Shown here: one piece after another, positions 24,242 through 33,208 of the stretch
Position numbering within the stretch: the first letter of the stretch is position 1
Layout: each line of letters begins with the position of its first letter
Source: Chloroflexota bacterium
GTDB lineage: Bacteria; Chloroflexota; Limnocylindria; Limnocylindrales; CSP1-4
Direction: 5' to 3'
NCBI GenBank assembly: GCA_046352645.1
Contig: JBJTJV010000016.1
Span: 1-40,643 of the forward strand
DNA length: 40,643 nucleotides
Notes under the pieces: generated by a model
Told to the model about the DNA's origin: nothing
Database searches by the model: none
What the model saw: only the letters and a program-made list of their open reading frames with translations
Translations under genes and position numbers: made by a program

Positions 24242-25506
24242 GAGCAGCTCGCGATGTTCGCCGTGTGCTCGGCGAGCGTCCGGGCGAACTCGTGCGTGTC
24301 GGACCCCGGGCAGGCGTAGAAGTAGAGGAGCTTCTTCGCGCGGTCCGGATCGAGCGCGGCATCGAAGGAGGCACGTGTCGGGGTCGCGATGGGCCCGTCG
24401 GGGAGGCCCGGGTTCACGTACGTCTGGAAGCTCGCGAGGTCGTCCGGCACGACCACCCCGGAGAGGGCGCTCCCGACGGTGTCCCAGAACAGGTAGCGGG
24501 TCCATTCGCGGAGCGGCTTCTCGCGCAGGGCGAGGGTGTCCACCGCGTAGACCACGGTCGGGTCGGCGTTCATGATCCGCGTCGGGTTGAGGTCGCGGTC
24601 GAGCCGGTTGCGGTAGACGCCCGCCACCTTCCGGCGCTCCTTGTCCACCTTCACCTCGCGCTCCACGATGCTCGCGAGGGTGATCGCCTCCCGCAGGGTG
24701 AGCCCCGCGGCCTCCGCGCGCTCCGCGGCATCCACGCCCATCTGCTCGCCCCATTCGGTGAGGAGCGCGCGGACGAGATCCTCGGGCGAGATCGCCGTCT
24801 CGACCTCGTACGTCCCGCCGGCGAGGAACCCCTCCAGCGAGGCGTCCCGGGGCAGGTCCGCGAGGAACGGGAAGTCGGCCGTAAGCGCACGGGGAGGATC
24901 GGTGAGGAGGCGCTGGACCTCGCGCACGTCGAGCTCCAGCGCGTCCACCGTCAGGAGGTACGCGACGATCTGCTCGAGGCGCAGGCCCGGGCGGAGGCCG
25001 AGCGTCACGCGCGGGGCGAGCTGGTCCGGCGGACCGGCGAGACGCTCCGCGACCTGCGCCGGGGTGAGCGTGCGATCGAGCGTGAAGGTCCCCGACTGGA
25101 GGCGCGTGTCCAGCCCTCCGCGGATGACCTGCCAGGTGAAGACGAGCGGATCGGCGACCAGCCCAGCCTCGGCGACGACACGGCCGATGGCGGCGACCGA
25201 GAGACCGGGCTCGATGCGCACGACGACCGGCTCGCTCGTCGTCCCGGCGGGTGTCGTGAGGGCGGCACCGAGCTCCTCGGCCACGATGTCGCCGATGAGC
25301 GGCATGCGCATGGCCTGGGGGTTCTCGCGCGCCATCGACACGGCCTGGGCGCGCAGGACCGGCAGGAGGAGGAAGACCGCGACGACGAGCCCGACGCCCA
25401 CGAGGAGGAGCCCTGCGAGGCAACCGGGTGCGCGGCCGGCGCCGCCCCCCGAGCGCTCGTCCCGCCGACCCGGCCGGCCGCCGGTCGTGCCCGTGCCCGT
25501 CGTCAA
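24238..25506 (-). CDS. mltG: Endolytic murein transglycosylase MltG (YceG-like)
   Basis: ORF 24238..25731 trimmed to TTG 25506 (TTGA overlap with ruvX). One TM helix LAGLLLVGVGLVVAVFLLL. Motifs LASIVEREV, AGVYRNRL and LYFYACPGSDTHEFARTLAEH. Confidence 0.9.
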   Translation of the reverse strand: MTTGTGTTGGRPGRRDERSGGGAGRAPGCLAGLLLVGVGLVVAVFLLLPVLRAQAVSMARENPQAMRMPLIGDIVAEELGAALTTPAGTTSEPVVVRIEPGLSVAAIGRVVAEAGLVADPLVFTWQVIRGGLDTRLQSGTFTLDRTLTPAQVAERLAGPPDQLAPRVTLGLRPGLRLEQIVAYLLTVDALELDVREVQRLLTDPPRALTADFPFLADLPRDASLEGFLAGGTYEVETAISPEDLVRALLTEWGEQMGVDAAERAEAAGLTLREAITLASIVEREVKVDKERRKVAGVYRNRLDRDLNPTRIMNADPTVVYAVDTLALREKPLREWTRYLFWDTVGSALSGVVVPDDLASFQTYVNPGLPDGPIATPTRASFDAALDPDRAKKLLYFYACPGSDTHEFARTLAEHTANIASCS

Positions 25507-25961
25507 CTCCCCGCCTCGCTGCTCCCCGCATCGATCTCCGCGCGGAGGATCTCCGCGGCCGCTTCGCGATCCACGCGGGCGCGCCATGCACGCCGCGCCG
25601 CGGGCGATGGTGGCCCGCCCGAGCGCCCTCGGGGGAGCCCGCCCAGGCGTGCCTCGGCACGCTGGCTCGTGTGTCGCTCGTCGCGCCAGCGGACGGGCAG
25701 CCCGACCGCCGGCAGGACCGCGTCCGCCCATGCGCGGATCGCCGCGGCCTGGCGCCCCTCTCCGCCTGCGGCGTCGAGCGGCAGGCCGACGACGATCGCC
25801 TCCGCCCCGCTCTCCGCGGCGACGCGGCCGATGGTGCGTACGTCGTCCTCCGTCCGGCCGCGTCCGACCGTGCGGAGCGGACGGACGACTCCGGTCGTCG
25901 GGTCACCCCACGCCACCCCGATGCGCCGCTCGCCGACGTCGAGGCCGAGGAGACCGCTCAC
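25503..25961 (-). CDS. ruvX: Holliday junction resolvase-like nuclease RuvX (YqgF)
   Basis: ORF 25503..25961. LGLDVGERRIGVA, AIVVGLPL and DERHTS. GTG start overlaps the upstream stop (GTGA). Confidence 0.92.
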   Translation of the reverse strand: MSGLLGLDVGERRIGVAWGDPTTGVVRPLRTVGRGRTEDDVRTIGRVAAESGAEAIVVGLPLDAAGGEGRQAAAIRAWADAVLPAVGLPVRWRDERHTSQRAEARLGGLPRGRSGGPPSPAARRAWRARVDREAAAEILRAEIDAGSSEAGS

Positions 25962-27538
25962 GGGATCTCGAACCCGATGCGGGCCGGATCCGCGGGGACC
26001 GTGGGGATGAACTCCGGCCAGAGCGTGAGGGTCGCCTCGCCGTACCGGCCGAGGATCTCGCGCGCATCGGAGACGCTCCGGCCCGCGATCTCGCGCCGGA
26101 TCTGGGCGGGATCGACCGCGAGCTGGACGCGCGCGGTCACCTCCACGGGGTAGGTCACCGTGTCCGGGGTGACCTCCGGCTCCTCCCCGGCGATCGCCTC
26201 GATGGACCCCGCTTCGACCCGCATCCCCGGATCCGCGGTCACCCGGAAGTGCCGCGCGGCCGTCTCCTCGAGGACCGAGGTGTCCACCTCGAGGGCCGTC
26301 GCGGTCGTGCCCGCGGTGATCTCAAAGATGTCCCCGGGAACGGACGTCCCCACGAGCTCGGGGCAGGAGACGGAGAGGTCGATCTCGCCGAGGCGCCCGC
26401 TCTCGGGGTAGAGGATCATGCCGGCGCTCGGCGGTGCGGCCAGCTCGGTCGCGAACGCCTCGCGCAGCCGCCCGCGCAGCGTCTCGACCGCCGCGTCGCA
26501 GTCCTCGTTCGTCACCTGGCGGATGAGCTCGCGGGCGCCATCGGTGACGGCCTCGGGGTTCGTCACCTTGACCTGCTGCGCCTCGTATCCCTTCTCGATG
26601 CGCGTGATCGTCTCCGCGCCGGTGTTGGCGGCGGGCCCGCGCTTCACGGCCCGGATCTCCACCTCGACGGCGGGCCGCGGCCCGTTGCCGTCCCACTTCG
26701 GGAGTGCCACCTGGCCGACCGTACGGAAGACGATGCCGCTGTTCGTGGAAACGCGCGTACCGTCGCCCACGACGACCGCGACGACCGTGTTCTGCGAGAC
26801 GAGGCGCACGCGGCCGGTGGCCGCCGTGGAACGGTCCTCCGTCCCCGTCGCGGGGAAGGCGCCGGTGACCGCGAGCGGGTACTGGCGCCATTCGGCCGGG
26901 ATCGTCCCCGCCTCTGCGTCCACCTCGGGGCTGTCCGGCGTGGCGACGATGCGCACCGTCCGCGGGGGGAGCTGCGTCGTGCCCGGGACGAGCACGACGT
27001 CCGCGGTCGGGATCGCCTGGTACGCGACCCAGAGGCCGACCGCGGCGAGGCCACCGACGAGGGCACCTCGGATCGCCCACGCGAGCACCCGGCCCCGGCC
27101 ACCCCCGCGCCGGAGGCTGCGGCGCGTCTCGCGCGTGACGGGGACGGCGACCGGCACCACGCCGTCCCCGGCGGCGCCCGTCGCGGTCCGCGGAGCGACC
27201 CCGTACGCGGGGACGAGCCGGTCGGCGCGATCGTCCCGACCCTCTGGTGGCGTGCCGGACGGCTCGAGGCCCAGGGCGCGCTCCGCCTCGCCCACGGTCC
27301 CCCAGGCGCCGAGGCCGGCCGAGGTAGCGAGCGCGCGCACCTGCGGGTCCCCGCTGACGAGACCCAGGGCCAGGCCGCGGGTCTCCGCCTCGCGCGCGAG
27401 GAGACGGAAGTTGATGCCACCGCTCGCGATCCGCGAGCCGGGCGGGACGACGAGGATGACCGCGCCGTCCTGCGTCGCCCGGAAGCGCGCGACAGCATCG
27501 GTGATCTCGTCCTCGGGGTCGAGGTACCAGACGCTCAT
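25958..27538 (-). CDS. Bitopic membrane protein of unknown function: cytoplasmic N-terminal module, one TM helix and a roughly 350-aa extracytoplasmic domain
   Basis: ORF 25958..27820 trimmed to ATG 27538. Sequence MSVWYLDPEDEITDAVARFRATQDGAVILVVPPGSRIASGGINFRLLAREAETRGLALGLV. Arg-rich juxtamembrane TRETRRSLRRGGGRGR, then TM VLAWAIRGALVGGLAAVGLWVAYQAI at about residues 151-176, then a Thr/Val/Gly-rich region. High GC3. I could not assign a family. Confidence 0.7.
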   Translation of the reverse strand: MSVWYLDPEDEITDAVARFRATQDGAVILVVPPGSRIASGGINFRLLAREAETRGLALGLVSGDPQVRALATSAGLGAWGTVGEAERALGLEPSGTPPEGRDDRADRLVPAYGVAPRTATGAAGDGVVPVAVPVTRETRRSLRRGGGRGRVLAWAIRGALVGGLAAVGLWVAYQAIPTADVVLVPGTTQLPPRTVRIVATPDSPEVDAEAGTIPAEWRQYPLAVTGAFPATGTEDRSTAATGRVRLVSQNTVVAVVVGDGTRVSTNSGIVFRTVGQVALPKWDGNGPRPAVEVEIRAVKRGPAANTGAETITRIEKGYEAQQVKVTNPEAVTDGARELIRQVTNEDCDAAVETLRGRLREAFATELAAPPSAGMILYPESGRLGEIDLSVSCPELVGTSVPGDIFEITAGTTATALEVDTSVLEETAARHFRVTADPGMRVEAGSIEAIAGEEPEVTPDTVTYPVEVTARVQLAVDPAQIRREIAGRSVSDAREILGRYGEATLTLWPEFIPTVPADPARIGFEIP

Positions 27539-27555
27539 GCCAGCCGGAGTCTGCC

Positions 27556-28818
27556 CTACGCGCGCATCGCCCGCAGGACGCGACGGAGCGAGCTGTCCAG
27601 CGGGGGGGCATCGGCGGTGATCTCGAGCGCCTGCCAGGCGAGCGCCATCGGCGTCACGTCCTGCTGGTCCACGAGCAGACCCGTCGCGTCGCGCACCCCC
27701 CGGACCTGCTCGGGCCCGATGACGGAGACCACCGGCGGACGGGTGAATGGCAGCTCGCGCGCGAGCACGTCGTCCTCCAGCGCCGCCTTGAGGTCGGGCA
27801 GGTGGGAGCCGCCGCCGCACAGCTCGATGCGCGGGGGCAGGCGGCCCTCGCGCCCGAACTCCTCGAGGACGAGCTCGACCCCGGCCTGCCAGACGCGCAC
27901 GTCATCGGCGACGATCTCCGCCACCTGGACCCGCTCGGGGAACTCCTCGCCGGCGGCGTAGCGGATCTTCAGGCTCTCGGCATCCGTGAACGGGATCTCG
28001 AGGCGGTCGGAGAGGGACTTCGTGAACGCGCGTCCGCCCAGCGCGAACATCCGCGTGCCCTCGACACCGCCCGCCCGCACGAGCGCGATGTCCGTGGTGC
28101 CGCCACCGATGTCGATGAAGAGGGCCCCGCCCGTCGTGATCTCCTCGCCGTCCACGCAGCGTGCGACCGCGTAGGGCTCCGCCACGACCGAGAGCGGCTC
28201 CAGCCCGAGGCGCACGGCGACGCTCTGGAGCGCACCGAGATGGATGAGGGGCGCGAAGGCGTTGAAGATGCCGATGCGCACGTGCCGACCCCGGACCCCC
28301 ACGGGGATCGTGACCGGGTACCCGTCGATCGATGCACCGGTGACGGCGGCGTGCACGAGCCGGACATCCACCGTCGGGAGCCCGGTCTCCCACGTGATGG
28401 CCCGCTCCGCCTCGAAGAGCGCCTCTCGCTCGACGCCCTCGATCAGCTTCTGGAGCTCGCCCTCCCCGATCGGCGCATCCGGCCGGCGCCGCTCCTGGCT
28501 GTGGCTCGTCGTGAAGCCCTTCACGAGCTCGCCCGCCATGCCGATGATGCAGTGGTCCGGCCGGAAGCCTGCCATCCGCTCCGCCGCGTCGATCGCAGCG
28601 CGGCAGTTCTCCACGACCGCCGCGATGTCCGTCACGGTCCCCGACTGCATGGGTGCGAGGCCCTGGCGGTGCCGCCCGACGCCGCGCACCACCGCCTCCC
28701 CGGGGCCTTCGAGAGAGAAGATCAGCGTCTTGACGAGCTCCGTGCCGACGTCGAGCGCGATGCACGTGCGGAGCGCGGGCTCCGCTTCGCCGCCGCGGAT
28801 GCGTCGGAGGAGCGCCAT
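27556..28818 (-). CDS. FtsA-like actin-fold (ASKHA) ATPase
   Basis: ORF 27556..28818. Phosphate-1 CIALDVGTELVK, phosphate-2 LFIDIGGGTTDIALV, adenosine motif IELCGGGSHLPDL. The layout resembles FtsA with its inserted subdomain. The C-terminal LDSSLRRVLRAMRA could form an amphipathic helix. Confidence 0.8.
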   Translation of the reverse strand: MALLRRIRGGEAEPALRTCIALDVGTELVKTLIFSLEGPGEAVVRGVGRHRQGLAPMQSGTVTDIAAVVENCRAAIDAAERMAGFRPDHCIIGMAGELVKGFTTSHSQERRRPDAPIGEGELQKLIEGVEREALFEAERAITWETGLPTVDVRLVHAAVTGASIDGYPVTIPVGVRGRHVRIGIFNAFAPLIHLGALQSVAVRLGLEPLSVVAEPYAVARCVDGEEITTGGALFIDIGGGTTDIALVRAGGVEGTRMFALGGRAFTKSLSDRLEIPFTDAESLKIRYAAGEEFPERVQVAEIVADDVRVWQAGVELVLEEFGREGRLPPRIELCGGGSHLPDLKAALEDDVLARELPFTRPPVVSVIGPEQVRGVRDATGLLVDQQDVTPMALAWQALEITADAPPLDSSLRRVLRAMRA

Positions 28819-28834
28819 CGGGACGCGCGCGCCC

Positions 28835-31612
28835 CTATCCGCCGAGCCGGGTGCGGATCGCGGCGAGCGCGGCCGCGATCCCGGCGCGGTCGCTCCCCTT
28901 GCCCTGCGCCACCTCCGGCCGACCGCCGCCCCGCCCGCCGATCGCGCTCGCTGCAGCGGTCACGAGCGCGCCCGCCGAGACGCCGCCGGCGACGAGGTCG
29001 TCGCTCACGGTGACGAACAGCTGCGGCTCCTCCGCGTCGAGCGCGAGCGCGATGACGCCGGACGGAAGGCTGCCCCGGACATCCCGGGCGAACCCCTTGA
29101 GCGCGTCCATGGAATCGAGCGCAAGCGCGTGCGCGACGAGCCGGACGTCGCCCACCTGCTCGGCCGCGGCCGCGAGCTCGCCCGGTCGCGGACCAGCCGC
29201 GGCCCGGCCGCCCTCGCGGACCCGCTTCTCCAGCTCCCGGACACGTTCCTGCAGCTCGCCGATGCGGGCGGGGAGCGCGTCCGGCCCCTGGGCGCCCGCC
29301 GCGGCGACGGCCTCGTCGAGGAGCGCGAGCCGCGTCCCGAGCCATCCCTCCGCCGCGTCGCCGGTGAGCGCCTCGATGCGGCGCATGCCGCTGCCGATCG
29401 ACCGCTCCGACACGATGACGAAGGCGCCGACCTGTCCCGACGCGCGGCAGTGCGTCCCGCCGCACAGCTCGTGGCTGAAGCCATCGACGCGGACGGTGCG
29501 TACCTGCTCGCCGTACTTCTCGTCGAAGAACGCGTCCGCGCCCGCGGAGATGGCCTCCGCCATCCCCATCCGGCTGACGAGGACGGGCCGGTCCTCGCGG
29601 ATGACCCGCCGCACCTCCGCCTCGATCGTGCGCCGCTCGTCGAGCGCGAGCGGCCGGTCGCCGGGGTAGTCGAAGCGCAGGCCTTCCGGTGTCACGAGCG
29701 AGCCCGCCTGGCGCGCCGCCTCGCCGACCGCGTTGCGCAGGGCCCGATGGAGCAGGTGCGTCCCGGTGTGGTTGCGCATCGTGCGCTCGCGCCGCTCCGG
29801 GTCCACCACGGCATCGACGACCTGGTCGCGCGCGATGCGCCCGTGCAGCAGGCCGTGGTGGACGATGAGCCCGCCCACCGGTCGCTGGGTATCCGTGACC
29901 GTGAAGAGGGCTGCCCCCGTCTGCGGGTCGCGGAGCACGCCGCGGTCGCCGATCTGTCCACCGCCCTCCGCGTAGAAGGGCGTCCGGTCGAGCACCAACA
30001 GGGCCGCTGCGGCGGCGTCCGCGCGCAGCTCCGCGTCCGGTCGCGCCGTCAGCTCGTCGTACTCGGTCGTATCGCGGACGATCGCGAGGACGCGGCCCTC
30101 CGCACGCGTGGTCTCGTAGCCGAGGAACGCGGTGTCGCCGACCCGGCGCGCGATCGCGTCGAAGAGCGAGGTCAGCTCCGCCTGGCGGGCGAGGTCCGCC
30201 TTCTTGCCCGACCGGCTCCGCTCGCGCTGCTCGGCAAGCGCAGCGTCGAATCCCGGCCGGTCCACGCGCACGCCGTACTCGGCCGCGAGCTCGATCGTCA
30301 GGTCGATGGGGAAGCCGTAGGTGTCGTGGAGCCGGAAGGCGACCGCGCCGCCGAGGACGGGCGCATCCGTGGGCAGCTGGTCCGCCAGGCGACCGATGAC
30401 GCGCTCCGCGCCCGTGAGCGGGATGAGCGCCTCCTCGAGCTGGACCGTGCCCGCGTCGAGGGTACGGGCGAACTGGCTCTCCTCGCGGAGGATCGTGCCG
30501 AGGATGACATCGCGGCGCTCGCGCAGGACCGGGTAGGCGTCGCCCATCGCGTCGATGACGACCGCGGCCGTCTCGGCGAGGAAGGGATCGCGCCGTCCGA
30601 GGAGGCGGCCGTGGCGGACTGCCCGCCGGACGATCCGGCGCAGGACGTAGCCGCGGCCCTCGTTCCCGGGCAGGACCCCATCTGCGACGAGGAAGGTGAT
30701 GGCGCGCGAATGGTCCGCGATGACCTGGTAGCTGAAGCGCTCGGCCTCGAACTCGCCCGGATCGTGACCGAGCAGCTCGCGCATGCGGGCATGGATCGGC
30801 AGGAAGAGGTCCGTGTCGTAGTTCGTGGCCACGCCCTGGAGCACGCTCGCGAGACGCTCGAGCCCCATGCCCGTGTCCACGCTCTTGAACGGCAGCGGGA
30901 TGCGCCGGCCATCCGGCTGCTGGTCGAACTCCATGAAGACGAGGTTCCAGATCTCCAGCCAGCGCGGGCAGTGCTCGCTGTGATCCGGCCGGCAGTCGGG
31001 CCCTTCCGACAGGTGCGCGCCGCGGTCGAAGTGGATCTCCGTGCACGGTCCGCACGGTCCCGTCTCGGCCATCCGCCAGAAGTTCTTGTCGTCGCCCGCG
31101 TCCACGTCCCCCCAGGCGGCCATCCGCTCCGGCGGGAGCCCGATCTCGTCGCGCCAGATCGCGCGCGATCCCTCGTCGTCCGTGTACGTGGTCGCGGCGA
31201 GCCGGTCGGCGGGGATGCCGAGATCCTCCGTGAGGAGCTCCCAGGCCCAGGTGATCGCCTCGCGCTTGAAGTAGTCGCCGAAGCTCCAGTTGCCGAGCAT
31301 CTCGAAGAGCGTGTGGTGCCGCGGGGTGCGGCCGACCTCCTCGAAGTCGTTGTGCTTGCCCGCCACCCGCAGGCAGCGCTGCGAATCCGCTGCACGCGTG
31401 TAGCTGCGCGTCTCGACGCCCCGCAGGACGTCCTTGAACTGGACCATCCCGCTGTTCGTGAAGAGGAGCGTCTGGTCGCCGCCCGGGACCAGGCTCGCAC
31501 TGGGCACGATCTCGTGCCCGCGCGCGGCGAAGAACGCGAGGAAGCGGCGGCGGATCTCGTCGGCGGGGAGCGGCATCATCGGGGCCCCGCGCCCCGCTTG
31601 CGTGGCGGACAT
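28835..31612 (-). CDS. alaS: Alanine--tRNA ligase
   Basis: ORF 28835..31903 trimmed to ATG 31612 (alternatives ATG 31579 and 31576). ADEIRRRFLAFFAARGH, FTNSGMVQFKD, HHTLFEMLGNWSFGDYFK, editing-domain HTGTHLLH and CGGTHC, and a C-terminal DHHA1-like GGGRPEVAQG. Confidence 0.96.
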   Translation of the reverse strand: MSATQAGRGAPMMPLPADEIRRRFLAFFAARGHEIVPSASLVPGGDQTLLFTNSGMVQFKDVLRGVETRSYTRAADSQRCLRVAGKHNDFEEVGRTPRHHTLFEMLGNWSFGDYFKREAITWAWELLTEDLGIPADRLAATTYTDDEGSRAIWRDEIGLPPERMAAWGDVDAGDDKNFWRMAETGPCGPCTEIHFDRGAHLSEGPDCRPDHSEHCPRWLEIWNLVFMEFDQQPDGRRIPLPFKSVDTGMGLERLASVLQGVATNYDTDLFLPIHARMRELLGHDPGEFEAERFSYQVIADHSRAITFLVADGVLPGNEGRGYVLRRIVRRAVRHGRLLGRRDPFLAETAAVVIDAMGDAYPVLRERRDVILGTILREESQFARTLDAGTVQLEEALIPLTGAERVIGRLADQLPTDAPVLGGAVAFRLHDTYGFPIDLTIELAAEYGVRVDRPGFDAALAEQRERSRSGKKADLARQAELTSLFDAIARRVGDTAFLGYETTRAEGRVLAIVRDTTEYDELTARPDAELRADAAAAALLVLDRTPFYAEGGGQIGDRGVLRDPQTGAALFTVTDTQRPVGGLIVHHGLLHGRIARDQVVDAVVDPERRERTMRNHTGTHLLHRALRNAVGEAARQAGSLVTPEGLRFDYPGDRPLALDERRTIEAEVRRVIREDRPVLVSRMGMAEAISAGADAFFDEKYGEQVRTVRVDGFSHELCGGTHCRASGQVGAFVIVSERSIGSGMRRIEALTGDAAEGWLGTRLALLDEAVAAAGAQGPDALPARIGELQERVRELEKRVREGGRAAAGPRPGELAAAAEQVGDVRLVAHALALDSMDALKGFARDVRGSLPSGVIALALDAEEPQLFVTVSDDLVAGGVSAGALVTAAASAIGGRGGGRPEVAQGKGSDRAGIAAALAAIRTRLGG

Positions 31613-31619
31613 CCCCGCG

Positions 31620-31625
31620 AGTGTA
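31620..31625 (-). promoter_or_regulatory. Candidate -10 hexamer TACACT, 7 nt upstream of the alaS ATG 31612 (possible leaderless transcript)
   Basis: Minus strand CGCTACACTCGC gggg ATG. Identical 12-mer and identical spacing to the site at 3679-3690. Confidence 0.3.
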
Positions 31626-31649
31626 GCGAACGCAGGGCCCGACGAGCCG

Positions 31650-32042
31650 TCACGCCTCGCTGCGCGGTCCGCCGCGCGCGCGGCGTGGCAGGTGCGGTCG
31701 CGGCAGCCGCGGGCGGGCGCGCTCCGCGGCCGACGCATCGGTCCCCCGCGGGCCCCGCGGCGCGACCGGTCGGCGGAGGCGGCCGAGCAGGAGCCGGAGC
31801 GGGACCGCGAGCGCGATGCCGACCCATGCCCCCGCCGACGCCCACAGGACCGCGAGGTCGCCGATGCGCACCGGGTCCGGCGCCCGCAGGCCCGCCGCGG
31901 CACCCGCGACCGCGCCCGCGACCGCGCACGGCAGGACGACGAGCAGGTGCAGGCGCAGGCTCCCGCGCAGGAAGAGCGAGAGCGACGCGTGGAGCGCGCC
32001 GACGAGGATCGCGAGGACGAACGTCGGCGGCAGGCCGCTCAT
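31650..32042 (-). CDS. Small hydrophobic membrane protein (hypothetical, about 130 aa) coupled to mnmA
   Basis: Last 130 codons of ORF 31650..32894, from ATG 32042 (ATGA overlap with the mnmA stop). Sequence [25 protein letters not shown]...[20 protein letters not shown]...[20 protein letters not shown], then an Arg/Pro tail. Third codon positions are almost all G/C. Confidence 0.55.
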   Translation of the reverse strand: MSGLPPTFVLAILVGALHASLSLFLRGSLRLHLLVVLPCAVAGAVAGAAAGLRAPDPVRIGDLAVLWASAGAWVGIALAVPLRLLLGRLRRPVAPRGPRGTDASAAERARPRLPRPHLPRRARGGPRSEA

Positions 32043-33208
32043 CGCGCCGGCGAGGTGTCCGGTCGCGGCGTCGCGGACGACGGTGCCGGTCGGAGGTCTT
32101 CCGCCGGTCCCGCCGATCCGGAGAGGATGCGGCCGCCGCCGAGGACCCGGCTGCCCACGTACCAGACGGCCGCCTGCCCGGGAGCGGGCGCCCAGACGGG
32201 CGCGTCGAGCGTGATGCGCCAGGGTGCGTCCGCGCCGAGGCCCGGGACGATCGTCGCGGGGACGAGCGGGCCCCGATGACGGATGCGCACGTCCGCCCGG
32301 AAGGGCGCGGCGGGCAGCGCCGCGGCGCGCACGGTCCCGACCGCCAGCTCGGTCGCGGAGAGCGCCGTCCGTGGCCCGATCTGGACGAGATCCCGGGCCG
32401 GGTCGATGCGCGTCACGTACGCCCGCTCCCCGGTGGCCACGCCGACCCCGCTCCGCTGCCCGATCGTCAGGCCGGTCGTCCCGCCGTGCCGGCCCACCAC
32501 GCGCCCGGTCGCATCGACCACGGGACCGGGCCGGGGCTGCGTACCGCTCCACGATGCGACGGCAGCCCGCACGTCGCCATCCGGAACGAAGCAGAGCTCC
32601 TGGCTTTCCGGCGTCTCCGCGGTCGCCAGCCCGAGGTCCCGGGCGATCGCCCGGACCGCATCCTTGCGCAGGTCGCCGAGCGGCAGGATCGTGTGGGCGA
32701 GCTGCTCGGCGTCGAGGCCGTAGAGGAAGTAGGACTGGTCCTTCCGCTCGTCCGCACCCGCATGCAGCTCGGGTCCGTCCGGCCCGGCCACGATCCGCGC
32801 GTAGTGGCCCGTCGCGACCGCGGCGCACCCGTAGAGGTGGCGCGCGCGGCCCAGGAGCGCGGCGAACTTCACCGTCGTGTTGCAGTCGATGCACGGGCTC
32901 GGCGTCCGCCCTGCGCGGTAGTCGGCGACGAAGGGGTCGATCACCCCGGCGGCGAACTCCGCCTCGAGGTTCAGGACGTAGAACGGGATGCCCAGCTGTG
33001 CCGCGACCCGGCGCGCGTCGTCGGCCGAGTCGAACGAGCAGCAGCTCCGTCGGACCGGGTCGGCCGCATCGGCGCGGTCATGGAGGCGCATCCAGACGCC
33101 CACGACCGGTCGTCCTGCACGCGCGAGCAGAGCCGCTGCGACCGACGAGTCCACGCCGCCGGACATCGCGACGAGGATGCGGCCCGCGGGGACCGCGTCA
33201 TCCGCCAC
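32039..33208 (-). CDS. mnmA: tRNA 2-thiouridine(34) synthase MnmA (TrmU)
   Basis: ORF 32039..33979 trimmed to GTG 33208 (11-nt overlap with iscS). PP-loop [27 protein letters not shown] and SQELCF. Confidence 0.93.
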   Translation of the reverse strand: MADDAVPAGRILVAMSGGVDSSVAAALLARAGRPVVGVWMRLHDRADAADPVRRSCCSFDSADDARRVAAQLGIPFYVLNLEAEFAAGVIDPFVADYRAGRTPSPCIDCNTTVKFAALLGRARHLYGCAAVATGHYARIVAGPDGPELHAGADERKDQSYFLYGLDAEQLAHTILPLGDLRKDAVRAIARDLGLATAETPESQELCFVPDGDVRAAVASWSGTQPRPGPVVDATGRVVGRHGGTTGLTIGQRSGVGVATGERAYVTRIDPARDLVQIGPRTALSATELAVGTVRAAALPAAPFRADVRIRHRGPLVPATIVPGLGADAPWRITLDAPVWAPAPGQAAVWYVGSRVLGGGRILSGSAGPAEDLRPAPSSATPRPDTSPAR

